Positions 9,683-17,108 of a DNA stretch of 38,549 nt are shown piece after piece (within the stretch, counting starts at the first letter, position 1; every line of letters begins with the position of its first letter). The position numbers and the translations under genes are program-made. The notes beneath the pieces are model-generated. The model ran no database searches. It was not told the DNA's origin and saw only the letters and a program-made list of their open reading frames with translations. Origin of the DNA: a virus; the IMG/VR virus record IMGVR_UViG_3300025892_000004, positions 1-38,549 of that record; one strand, written 5' to 3'.

Positions 9683-10558
9683 ATGACGACATATACAACA
9701 TATGATCAGGTCGGGAAAAAAGAGAGTGTGGCCGATATCATCACAGATATAACCCCATTCGATACTCCTGCCATGACCATGTTCAAAGACGAGAAAGTGT
9801 CTGCTCGGACATTCTCTTGGCTTGAGGATTCTTTGGCATCTGCCGGAGTCAATGCGGCAGTAGAAGGAGCCTCTGCTTCAATGGCTACTTTAGCCAACGC
9901 TGTTGAACGTACAAACAACACGCAGATCCTGACCAAGGCGTTCCAAGTGTCGGCAACTTCAGACGCTGTTGGCACTTATGGCCGTGCGAAGGAAACGGCC
10001 CATCAACTTGGTAAAGCCCTCAAGGAAATTAAGCGCGATGCAGAATTTATGCTCGTGGGTGCAGACCAAGCAGCCGTAGCAGGTACGTCAAGTGCGGCTC
10101 GTAAAGCACAGAGTGTTATCAACCAGATCTCTACTGTACAAGCAGGTGGCTCTGGTGCCTTGACTGAGGCGATGTTATTGGCTGCAGGTCAAACTGCATA
10201 CAACAACGGCTCAGACGTAGACACTTTCATGATTAAACCTGCAGACGCTCAAATCGTAGCAGGGTTCTCAGCAAGTTCTGGTCGTAACCGTGAAATTGCC
10301 CAAGGCAAAACATTGGTAAATGCGATTGACTTGTATGTGTCTCCATACGGTGAGTACCGTGTTGTTTTGAACAGACACCTAGAAGCCACACATGCCCTAT
10401 TGATCGATCCGTCGATGTTTAAGACATGTACACTTCGTCCGTTCACACGAACACTCTTGGCGAAAGACGGCGACAGCGACAAGCATTTTGTCGTCGGAGA
10501 AATGTCCGTCAAGCACATGAACCACGGCGATAGCGTACAGATTAACGCTCTCACCTAA
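9683..10558 (+). CDS. Major capsid protein (HK97-fold type)
   Basis: A 291-aa ORF after the scaffold gene with SD AAGGAAA upstream, followed by a strong terminator structure. The N-terminal ESVADIITDITPFDTPAMTMF pattern resembles the DUF5309/SU10-type capsid family, from memory. Confidence 0.75.
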   Translation: MTTYTTYDQVGKKESVADIITDITPFDTPAMTMFKDEKVSARTFSWLEDSLASAGVNAAVEGASASMATLANAVERTNNTQILTKAFQVSATSDAVGTYGRAKETAHQLGKALKEIKRDAEFMLVGADQAAVAGTSSAARKAQSVINQISTVQAGGSGALTEAMLLAAGQTAYNNGSDVDTFMIKPADAQIVAGFSASSGRNREIAQGKTLVNAIDLYVSPYGEYRVVLNRHLEATHALLIDPSMFKTCTLRPFTRTLLAKDGDSDKHFVVGEMSVKHMNHGDSVQINALT

Positions 10559-10585
10559 TACCGAATAGAACCTCGGTTCTTGTTG

Positions 10586-10650
10586 GGCCGCACTAGATCA
10601 CATGGGTTTTGCTCTCCTTACTGTGTGTCTGGTGCGGTCCTTTTTATTTT
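10586..10650 (+). terminator. Long hairpin plus T-run terminator after the capsid gene (T-phi-like)
   Basis: GGGCCGCAC (10586-10594) pairs with GTGCGGTCC (10632-10640), with one G-T wobble. There is further imperfect pairing inside the loop, followed by TTTTTATTTT. A small AGAAC/GTTCT hairpin lies at 10567-10580 as well. Confidence 0.65.
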
Positions 10651-10662
10651 CAAGGATGGCCC

Positions 10663-10983
10663 ATGCTACTAAATTCTACAAAAGATAAGATCACTGACCT
10701 CACACAGTCCAACACAGATTTCATATTTGAAGTCGGTGATATCACAAGAAAACATACTCAGAACATCTCCCAAACATTCATCGATGATCTGAAAGATGCG
10801 CGTAATGAAAGTACTTCTAAGCCTATGGGTGATTTCCATAGAGTTGCATCAATACCGACTGTGGTAGTTGAGAAGTGGATGCGAGAAGGCTTCGACCTCT
10901 GGCAAGCCACAGGTAAGGATATCGTCGCAAGATTGAAAAGAGAAAACCTTGATGCGTTCATGGCAACGGATCGGAAGGTTTAA
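10663..10983 (+). CDS. Hypothetical protein (106 aa)
   Basis: I trimmed the ORF to the ATG at 10663 (SD AAGGA upstream) because the longer 10609 start would read through the terminator hairpin. Confidence 0.6.
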   Translation: MLLNSTKDKITDLTQSNTDFIFEVGDITRKHTQNISQTFIDDLKDARNESTSKPMGDFHRVASIPTVVVEKWMREGFDLWQATGKDIVARLKRENLDAFMATDRKV

Positions 10984-10985
10984 CA

Positions 10986-11240
10986 ATGGCAACCCCGAGA
11001 ACAGGTAAGGCAAAAGTCAAAGTCACAAAAAGTGGCAAACGTGTTTCCTACGGTCAATCGGGGAAAGCGAAAGACGGAGGACCTCGAGTCCGCGCAGGGA
11101 CGAAGAAGGGTGACGCTTACTGTGCCAGATCACTAGCGCAGAAGAAGAAACATCCGAAAGCCGCAAAGAACCCTAATTCACCTCTGAACTTGTCGAGAAA
11201 ACGATGGAAGTGCAGTGGTGCCAAGTCAAAGAGGACCTGA
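10986..11240 (+). CDS. Small highly basic protein (84 aa)
   Basis: Lys/Arg-rich. It starts 2 nt after the upstream stop and sits in the head module. Confidence 0.6.
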   Translation: MATPRTGKAKVKVTKSGKRVSYGQSGKAKDGGPRVRAGTKKGDAYCARSLAQKKKHPKAAKNPNSPLNLSRKRWKCSGAKSKRT

Positions 11241-11241
11241 C

Positions 11242-11424
11242 ATGAGCCTATACGAGAACATCGCTAAACGACGTAAGTCTGGAAAGCCCATGCGAAAGAA
11301 GGGCGACAAGGGCGCTCCGACTGACGCGGCATTTCGCAAAGCGGCACTGACTGCCAAAAAGCCTGTGAAGAAAAAGAAGGTCACAAATAAAAAGAAGAAA
11401 GTGACTAAATCTAAGAGGTACTAA
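11242..11424 (+). CDS. Small highly basic protein (60 aa)
   Basis: The ATG at 11242 lies 1 nt after the previous stop. The sequence MSLYENIAKRRKSGKPMRKKGDKGAPT is followed by a poly-Lys tail. Confidence 0.55.
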   Translation: MSLYENIAKRRKSGKPMRKKGDKGAPTDAAFRKAALTAKKPVKKKKVTNKKKKVTKSKRY

Positions 11425-12033
11425 ATGAACAAAGGACAAATCAGGGCGCACTTTAAGGCCCTTCTGAATCGTAGTGACTGCCCTGATGCGCTTGCCGATA
11501 CTTTTATTGACCAAGCGACGACCAGAATACAAAGAGTACTGAGAACCCCTGCACAAGAGGCTCAACAGAGTTACAATATCTCAGGTCAAACTGGTGAAAT
11601 CACTATACCTACAAATCTATTGGAAGTAATAAGTGTCTATATGGATGGTGTTGCTGTCACACGCATTCCACATCACGAGATGATACAGGCACAAAAGACT
11701 GGGGAACAGGGCATACCGCGACAGATGTGCCGACAAAGAAGTAAGATCCTTCTTCACCCACAGCCAACAACAGGAACAGTATACTTAGACTACTATGCTG
11801 AGTTCCCAAGCCTTGCCACCGATTCTGACACCAATGCTCTTACTGCTATAGCCTCAGACATACTTACATACACTGCGCTTTCTTATGCTGCAGATTATTT
11901 CATGGATGAGAGATCCGCTATTTTTGAACAGAAGTCAGGACAGTTCCTTGCTGAACTACAAGAACAAAGTAATTCTGCAGAGCAGTCAGGCGTAAGTCAG
12001 GTAATGCGACCAACAGTAGTCTATGGAGATTAA
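11425..12033 (+). CDS. Head-tail adaptor / tail tubular A-sized protein (putative)
   Basis: A 202-aa ORF abutting the previous stop, positioned between the capsid and fibre genes. The assignment rests on size and position only. Confidence 0.4.
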   Translation: MNKGQIRAHFKALLNRSDCPDALADTFIDQATTRIQRVLRTPAQEAQQSYNISGQTGEITIPTNLLEVISVYMDGVAVTRIPHHEMIQAQKTGEQGIPRQMCRQRSKILLHPQPTTGTVYLDYYAEFPSLATDSDTNALTAIASDILTYTALSYAADYFMDERSAIFEQKSGQFLAELQEQSNSAEQSGVSQVMRPTVVYGD

Positions 12034-12038
12034 CAACC

Positions 12039-13871
12039 ATGGCATCATCTTTCTATTCCCAGACCGGAATCTCTAGTACAAACACAGATGCGATTCAATC
12101 GAGTACCAATAAAGCCGCTGCTTCAGAAGCAAATGCAGCATCCTCAGAGACAAACGCAGCCGCTTCAGCAACTTCAGCGACTACAAGTGCTACCGCTGCC
12201 GCAACATCTGCTACTGAATCTGCTACCAGTGCTACAGCATCTTCTGGCAGTGCCACTACTGCAGCGACCCAAGCAGCATTAGCTACAACAAATGGTGCAG
12301 CGCAAGTTGCACTGGCTACAACTCAGGCCGGACTGGCTACAACAAATGGTGAAGCCCAAGTTGCACTGGCTACAACTCAGGCCGGACTGGCTACTACAAA
12401 CGGCGCCGCACAGGTTGCACTGGCTACAACTCAGGCAACTAATGCTGCCACATCAGCAACAAATGCAGCAACTTCAGCAACTAGCGCGTCTACTAGCGAA
12501 ACAAATAGTGCTACAAGTGCCACTGCAGCCCAGACATCTAAGACTGCTTCTGAAACTGCAAAGACTGCCAGTGAACTTGCTGAGACCAATGCGGCTACTA
12601 GCGAAACAAATAGTGCCGCAAGTGCCACGGCTGCGAATACTTCTAAGGTCAACGCGGCTACTAGCGAGACAAATAGTGCGTCTTCGGCTACAGCGGCGGC
12701 TACAAGTGCGTCTGCAGCGTCTACTTCAGCAACTGCAGCGGCTACTTCAGCGACTAACGCAGCAACTTCAACAACGAATGCAGCAACTAGTGAGACTAAT
12801 GCAGCAACTAGTGCAACCAATGCTGCAGCAAGTGCTACGTCTGCATCTACTGCCCAAACAGCCGCTGAGACAGCAAAGACAGCATCTGAGACAGCAAAGA
12901 CAGCATCTGAGACTGCGAAAACTGGGGCTGAAACTGCCCTCAACAACTTTAACGCACTTTACTTGGGATCAGCATCGAGTGACCCATCAGTGGACGGTAA
13001 TGGAGACGCTCTAACTGCAGGGGATCTCTACCACAACTCTACTTCAGGAAACATGAAGTACTATACTGGATCCGCTTGGGCTGCGATTTCACAACTTGGG
13101 CCAACAGGTCCGGCAGGTCCGACAGGTTCTGCAGGTGCCGCAGGTGCCGATGGCAGTGACGGAGCCGCAGGTCCTACTGGGCCAACTGGTCCAACTGGTC
13201 CAACAGGTCCGGCAGGAGCCGCAGGTGCCGATGGTAGTGATGGTAGTGATGGTTCTGCAGGTGCCGCAGGTGCAGCAGGTCCTACTGGTCCAACAGGACC
13301 AACAGGACCTCAAGGAAACTCAGTGACAGGTCCTACAGGGCCTACTGGCCCGACAGGTCCTGCAGGTTCAGACGGCGCAGATGGCGCTCAAGGTCCGGCA
13401 GGTCCGGCAGGAAGTACTGGTCCTGCAGGTGCAGCGGGTCCTACTGGGAACACTGGCCCAACAGGATCTCAAGGTCCGGCAGGAGGCACTGGCCCAACAG
13501 GACCTCAAGGTCCGCAAGGAAGCACAGGACCTACTGGAAGCACCGGAAGTTCTGGTGGAACTGGACCAACTGGCCCGACAGGTCCGACAGGTCCGTCTGG
13601 CATAGGAACAAGTACAAGTTACGGTGGTGTTGGTAGTTATGGATTATTCTATAGGGCAAGTGCAGGTCAAAAAAGCCCCGGTTCAACTACTTCGGGCAGT
13701 AATATAGTACCTGCAAACACTTACACACACAGTACAACTCACGGAGGTTACAGCGGTTCGGGTTCGCCTTCTGGCACTTGGCGGTTAATGGGGCAGCATG
13801 GATATTATAGCAATGTTAACGCGTTTACCCGTCTGGACATGAACACTTCGGTATATTGCAGGATATCATAA
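12039..13871 (+). CDS. Tail fibre with an Ala/Thr/Ser-rich repeat domain and a collagen-like (Gly-X-Y) domain
   Basis: A 610-aa ORF. The [42 protein letters not shown] motif is common in marine podovirus fibres, from memory. About 56 Gly-X-Y triplets and a Gly/Ser/Tyr-rich C-terminal domain follow. Confidence 0.8.
   Translation: MASSFYSQTGISSTNTDAIQSSTNKAAASEANAASSETNAAASATSATTSATAAATSATESATSATASSGSATTAATQAALATTNGAAQVALATTQAGLATTNGEAQVALATTQAGLATTNGAAQVALATTQATNAATSATNAATSATSASTSETNSATSATAAQTSKTASETAKTASELAETNAATSETNSAASATAANTSKVNAATSETNSASSATAAATSASAASTSATAAATSATNAATSTTNAATSETNAATSATNAAASATSASTAQTAAETAKTASETAKTASETAKTGAETALNNFNALYLGSASSDPSVDGNGDALTAGDLYHNSTSGNMKYYTGSAWAAISQLGPTGPAGPTGSAGAAGADGSDGAAGPTGPTGPTGPTGPAGAAGADGSDGSDGSAGAAGAAGPTGPTGPTGPQGNSVTGPTGPTGPTGPAGSDGADGAQGPAGPAGSTGPAGAAGPTGNTGPTGSQGPAGGTGPTGPQGPQGSTGPTGSTGSSGGTGPTGPTGPTGPSGIGTSTSYGGVGSYGLFYRASAGQKSPGSTTSGSNIVPANTYTHSTTHGGYSGSGSPSGTWRLMGQHGYYSNVNAFTRLDMNTSVYCRIS
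12288..12440 (+). repeat. In-frame 54-nt tandem repeat (about 2.7 copies; TNG[AE][14 protein letters not shown])
   Basis: Read directly from the fibre gene. A further 21-nt x3 repeat (ETAKTAS) lies at 12867-12929. Confidence 0.85.
13098..13601 (+). repeat. Collagen-like Gly-X-Y coding repeat
   Basis: [13 protein letters not shown]...[13 protein letters not shown] with one interruption (GNSVTG). Pro is consistently in the X position. Confidence 0.9.
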
Positions 13872-14287
13872 TGGTAATTACGATCACACAAGTCCGCAAT
13901 GCGGCATCACTTCAGTCTGACAACCTCCGTATGGATGTAGAGATTAGCCATCCACAGTACGGATGGATTCCGTACACATTAGATCCAGACGATACAGACA
14001 CAACCATCGACAACGATGCAGTCATGGCTCTAATTGGATCTAGTTTCACTGCTTATGTAGCACCAACGGCGGACGAAGTAAGTGCAGAACTTGCAAAGGA
14101 AGTTAGATCCCAACGCGACTTTCTCTTAAATGAATTGGACGAAATACTGTCTAATCCACTGCGATGGTCTTCGATGTCAAGCGGCGAACAAACTGCTTGG
14201 TCAACATATCGTCAGGCTTTGTTAGATGTACCACAGCAGTCAGGTTTCCCTGCGGAAGTTACTTGGCCTCAGAAACCGGACTTATAA
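13871..14287 (+). CDS. Tail fibre assembly chaperone (Tfa-like)
   Basis: TAATG stop/start overlap with the fibre gene. The C-terminal QRDFLLNELDEILSNPLRWSSMSSGEQTAWSTYRQALLDVPQQSGFPAEVTWPQKP matches the classic tail-fibre-assembly motif. Confidence 0.75.
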   Translation: MVITITQVRNAASLQSDNLRMDVEISHPQYGWIPYTLDPDDTDTTIDNDAVMALIGSSFTAYVAPTADEVSAELAKEVRSQRDFLLNELDEILSNPLRWSSMSSGEQTAWSTYRQALLDVPQQSGFPAEVTWPQKPDL

Positions 14288-14309
14288 GCAGGTCAAAAGG
14301 AAGAGCAAA

Positions 14310-14858
14310 ATGACAGCAACTAGACAAAATTGGCAACTATGGACCGCTAACCTACCAGACAATGTTATAGATACTATTGTAACGCTTGCAGGTGATACAC
14401 AGAAAGCAAAAACATTTGGTGGCGATGACGAAAGTGTCAGAAGTAGTCGTGTTAGTTGGATGAGCCAACATGATTGGGTTAGAAATACTTTATTTGAATA
14501 TGTAAATCTTGCTAATCAAAACGCTTTCCATTTTAGCATCTATAACAAAGCCGATGTCCAATACACTGAGTACCATGCTGATGAGAAGGGTCACTATGGC
14601 CTACACCACGACATTGATTGGAGTAGGTCCGATGGCTTTGACCGCAAACTATCAGTAACGGTTCAACTATCAGACCCATCAGAATATGAAGGTGGCAGTT
14701 TTGAATTTACAGAAACTGAAAGCCCTGACGTTGTGTCTTCTAAGGCCAAAGGAACTGTTTTAGTTTTTCCAAGTTACCTTCAGCATCGGGTCAATCCAAT
14801 AACAACTGGAACTAGGCGATCTTTAGTTGCTTGGTTCGAGGGGCCAAACTTTAGATAA
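14310..14858 (+). CDS. 2OG-Fe(II) oxygenase, prolyl-4-hydroxylase-like (P4Hc / 2OG-FeII_Oxy_3 type)
   Basis: HxD in GLHHDID; a distal His and Arg in PSYLQHRVNPITTGTRRSLVAWF; RKLSVTVQLSDPSEYEGGSFEF core. SD AAGGAAGAG lies upstream of the ATG at 14310. Confidence 0.75.
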   Translation: MTATRQNWQLWTANLPDNVIDTIVTLAGDTQKAKTFGGDDESVRSSRVSWMSQHDWVRNTLFEYVNLANQNAFHFSIYNKADVQYTEYHADEKGHYGLHHDIDWSRSDGFDRKLSVTVQLSDPSEYEGGSFEFTETESPDVVSSKAKGTVLVFPSYLQHRVNPITTGTRRSLVAWFEGPNFR

Positions 14859-14870
14859 AAGGACCACTTA

Positions 14871-15146
14871 ATGACATCACCTGACGATAGTTGGCACTTA
14901 TCAAAAAGTGTCCCAATCACCCTCATCATCGGTTTAATCACCCAAGGCGCAGCGATCGTCTGGGTGGTGTCAATGATGTATGGGGACATCGAAAAAAACA
15001 ACGACAGATTAAGTGACTTAGGCAACCGCCTCGACAAACTAGAAGACATAGTTTTTTCCCAAGCGATTGCGATGGCGCGGATAGATGAAAACATAAAAGC
15101 CATTAGGGAAGATGTTCACAGGATGGCTACAAAGGAAAATAACTAG
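14871..15146 (+). CDS. Membrane protein with N-terminal TM and coiled coil (lysis-associated; holin/antiholin or i-spanin-like)
   Basis: 91 aa. The TM segment is VPITLIIGLITQGAAIVWVVSMM and a helical charged C-terminus follows. It is the first gene of the lysis cluster. Confidence 0.5.
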   Translation: MTSPDDSWHLSKSVPITLIIGLITQGAAIVWVVSMMYGDIEKNNDRLSDLGNRLDKLEDIVFSQAIAMARIDENIKAIREDVHRMATKENN

Positions 15147-15150
15147 TAAA

Positions 15151-15600
15151 ATGTTAGCGGAATTGGCCGCTTGTAACGCTGCCTTTATGACCGTCAAAAG
15201 TTTCCTCCAAAACGGAAGAACTTTAGCCGACTGTGCTTCACAGATCGGGACCATTGTTGCAAGCAAACAGGCACTTGAGGAGAAGGTACACAAAAAAAGA
15301 ACTGGGTTCATGGCTCAGTTAAAACAAACTCAGGCGCAAGATCTGGAAGAGTTTCTTGCGCTAGAGAAAATCAAAGAGACTGAAGAAGATCTAATCCAAG
15401 TGATGATCTACCAAGGTCGCGCAGGTCTAAAAGAGGATTGGATGAACTACCAAGCAGAAGCAAGACGCAAGCGAAAAGAAGAGCGTCTTCGTGCGGAGAG
15501 AGAAAGACAAGAGATGATTGAGGCGATTACGATTGCAATGATTGTCCTAGCAGGAATAGCAGCAGCAGGAGCCGTTTTCTACTTCTTCGCCACACAATAA
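15151..15600 (+). CDS. Tail-anchored membrane protein with charged coiled coil (lysis-associated, unknown role)
   Basis: 149 aa from the ATG at 15151. The C-terminal TM is ITIAMIVLAGIAAAGAVFYFF, preceded by RRKRKEERLRAERERQE. Confidence 0.5.
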   Translation: MLAELAACNAAFMTVKSFLQNGRTLADCASQIGTIVASKQALEEKVHKKRTGFMAQLKQTQAQDLEEFLALEKIKETEEDLIQVMIYQGRAGLKEDWMNYQAEARRKRKEERLRAERERQEMIEAITIAMIVLAGIAAAGAVFYFFATQ

Positions 15601-15610
15601 AGGAAAGCAT

Positions 15611-16012
15611 ATGATAGCAGCATTGACGGCAGTCTTGCCGAATGTCTTGGGTATTGTCGATAAGATGGTTCCAGACAGAGCAGCCGCTGAACTAACGAAA
15701 CAAAAGATCGAAATGGAACTGGTAACTGCAGCCAACGAGATCAACAGACTACAGGCAGAGACTAACAAAGTTGAAGCCGGACACAGATCTATCTGGGTTG
15801 CCGGATGGAGACCGTTTATCGGTTGGTCGGCAGGTGTCGGGGTCTGTTACTTCTTCTGCGTTCAACCACTTTTGCAGTGGGCGGTAGCGATCTCGGGATC
15901 TACCATGGTGCTGCCGACTTTCCCCGAGGACGCATTGTTCGAGATGGTGTTCGCCCTTTTAGGGATGGCAGGTCTCAGGAGTTTCGAGAAGATAAAGGGT
16001 GTCGCAAAATGA
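15611..16012 (+). CDS. Holin (3-TM, gene-transfer-agent-type holin family)
   Basis: 133 aa. The N-terminal LGIVDKMVPDRAAAELTKQKIEMEL..., the WRPFIGWSAGVGVCYFF segment and the following TM segments fit the 3-TM holin family, from memory. There is an ATGA overlap with the endolysin gene. Confidence 0.65.
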   Translation: MIAALTAVLPNVLGIVDKMVPDRAAAELTKQKIEMELVTAANEINRLQAETNKVEAGHRSIWVAGWRPFIGWSAGVGVCYFFCVQPLLQWAVAISGSTMVLPTFPEDALFEMVFALLGMAGLRSFEKIKGVAK

Positions 16013-16524
16013 AAGATAATTGGATCGAGTGTCTAGCACAGATACTCAAGTCAGAAGGTGGCTATGTTGATGACCCACGCGATAACGGTGGCGCTACTAA
16101 CATGGGTGTCACTAAAAAGACCTATGAAAACTGGGTAGGACGAGAAGTCACTAAAGAAGAGATAAAGAACCTCACAATAGAGGACGTGTCCCCCATCTAC
16201 AAAGATAGATACTGGGATAAAGTTCGAGGGGACAGCCTTAGTGACGGCTGCGACCTTTTACTTTTCGATCTTGCCGTTCATTCGGGCCCGAGACGTAGTG
16301 TAAAGATAGCCCAACAGACAGTCGGAAATGTGGTGGTTGATGGACTCATAGGACCAAAGACAGTCGCCGCTATCAACGCTATGGATCAAACAGACTTCAT
16401 AAAGAAGTTCTCTGAGAACCGTCTGGAGTTTTACAAGCGTATTGAGGCATGGAAGCACTTTGAGAACGGCTTTAGAAACAGAGTCAAAAAAACACAGATC
16501 GCTGCCCAACTAATGGTCAGATAG
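16009..16524 (+). CDS. Endolysin, GH108 lysozyme domain plus peptidoglycan-binding domain
   Basis: EGGYVDDPRDNGGATNMGVT is the GH108 signature, and DGLIGPKTVAAIN fits a PG_binding_3-type motif. I took the ATG at 16009 rather than the longer 15805 ORF. Confidence 0.85.
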   Translation: MKDNWIECLAQILKSEGGYVDDPRDNGGATNMGVTKKTYENWVGREVTKEEIKNLTIEDVSPIYKDRYWDKVRGDSLSDGCDLLLFDLAVHSGPRRSVKIAQQTVGNVVVDGLIGPKTVAAINAMDQTDFIKKFSENRLEFYKRIEAWKHFENGFRNRVKKTQIAAQLMVR

Positions 16525-16574
16525 ATCTGTTAGCAACGAAAGGTAAGGTGATCGTATATCTTTCCAACTTTTAG

Positions 16575-16615
16575 CACTGGTCTCAGGTACACAAGCCCTT
16601 TGATCAGTGTTTTTT
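16575..16615 (+). terminator. Terminator ending the plus-strand (late) block
   Basis: CACTGGTC (16575-16582) pairs with GATCAGTG (16602-16609), with one G-T wobble. An inner AGG/CCT pairing is possible, and TTTTTT follows at 16610-16615. Confidence 0.65.
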
Positions 16616-16768
16616 GCAGCCATATAATATCTTTATGGCTCTATGCCCACTTATTAAGTCTCAAATGTTTGCAATGTTCTCAATGTTATAGTATACCACT
16701 GTCGGTGCTTCGGTATCAGGGGGGAACGAGTGTGATCGGTTAATCTGAACAGCCGTTCCCTCCACCGT

Positions 16769-17008
16769 TTATATGTCAGTCTCTATGCTAAACAATCCCT
16801 CTTTGCCTTCTAACTCGGTAATAGAGATTAATGACCAGAACTGGCTGGCTGATAAAAATAGTACTTGATACTCCTGTAGATCTTCGGTCCATTGCCTAAT
16901 AAACACACGACCATCTCGATCAATGTAAACCTCTATGTCTTCTTGTTCACCATTGGTATCCAGAGCGACAATCTTCTTGTGATTATCTTCGGTTTCTACC
17001 GTAAACAT
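16769..17008 (-). CDS. Hypothetical acidic protein (79 aa), last gene of the minus-strand block
   Basis: SD CAGGAAAA lies 8-9 nt before the ATG. The gene lies downstream of the terminator that follows the RNR gene. Confidence 0.6.
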   Translation of the reverse strand: MFTVETEDNHKKIVALDTNGEQEDIEVYIDRDGRVFIRQWTEDLQEYQVLFLSASQFWSLISITELEGKEGLFSIETDI

Positions 17009-17030
17009 TACGTTTATTTTCCTGTTGTAC

Positions 17031-17061
17031 TAAAAGGCCCCAAAGGGCCTCTTGTTTTTTT
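17031..17061. terminator. Bidirectional hairpin terminator
   Basis: AGGCCC (17035-17040), CAAA loop, GGGCCT (17045-17050). On the plus strand CTTGTTTTTTT follows; on the minus strand TTTTA follows. A second 9-bp stem (AAATCCCAA/TTGGGATTT) lies at about 17066-17107. Confidence 0.7.
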
Positions 17062-17108
17062 GGTAAATCCCAAACCGATGTTTTCCCAAAGGTCTTATTG
17101 GGATTTCT

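Noticed and set aside
12088-13605. Alternative-frame and antisense ORFs across the fibre gene (12088-12282, 12292-13014, 12431-12946, 13089-13313, 13096-13326, 13381-13605)
   Set aside because: They are artefacts of the Ala/Thr/Ser and Gly-X-Y coding repeats, which stay open in several frames. Only the 12039-13871 frame has recognisable fibre motifs and coupled neighbours.
15805-16008. Long 239-aa reading of the endolysin ORF starting at 15805
   Set aside because: The upstream 68 codons overlap the holin gene in another frame and are Arg/Gly-rich. The ATG at 16009 gives an ATGA coupling to the holin and starts exactly at the GH108 domain.
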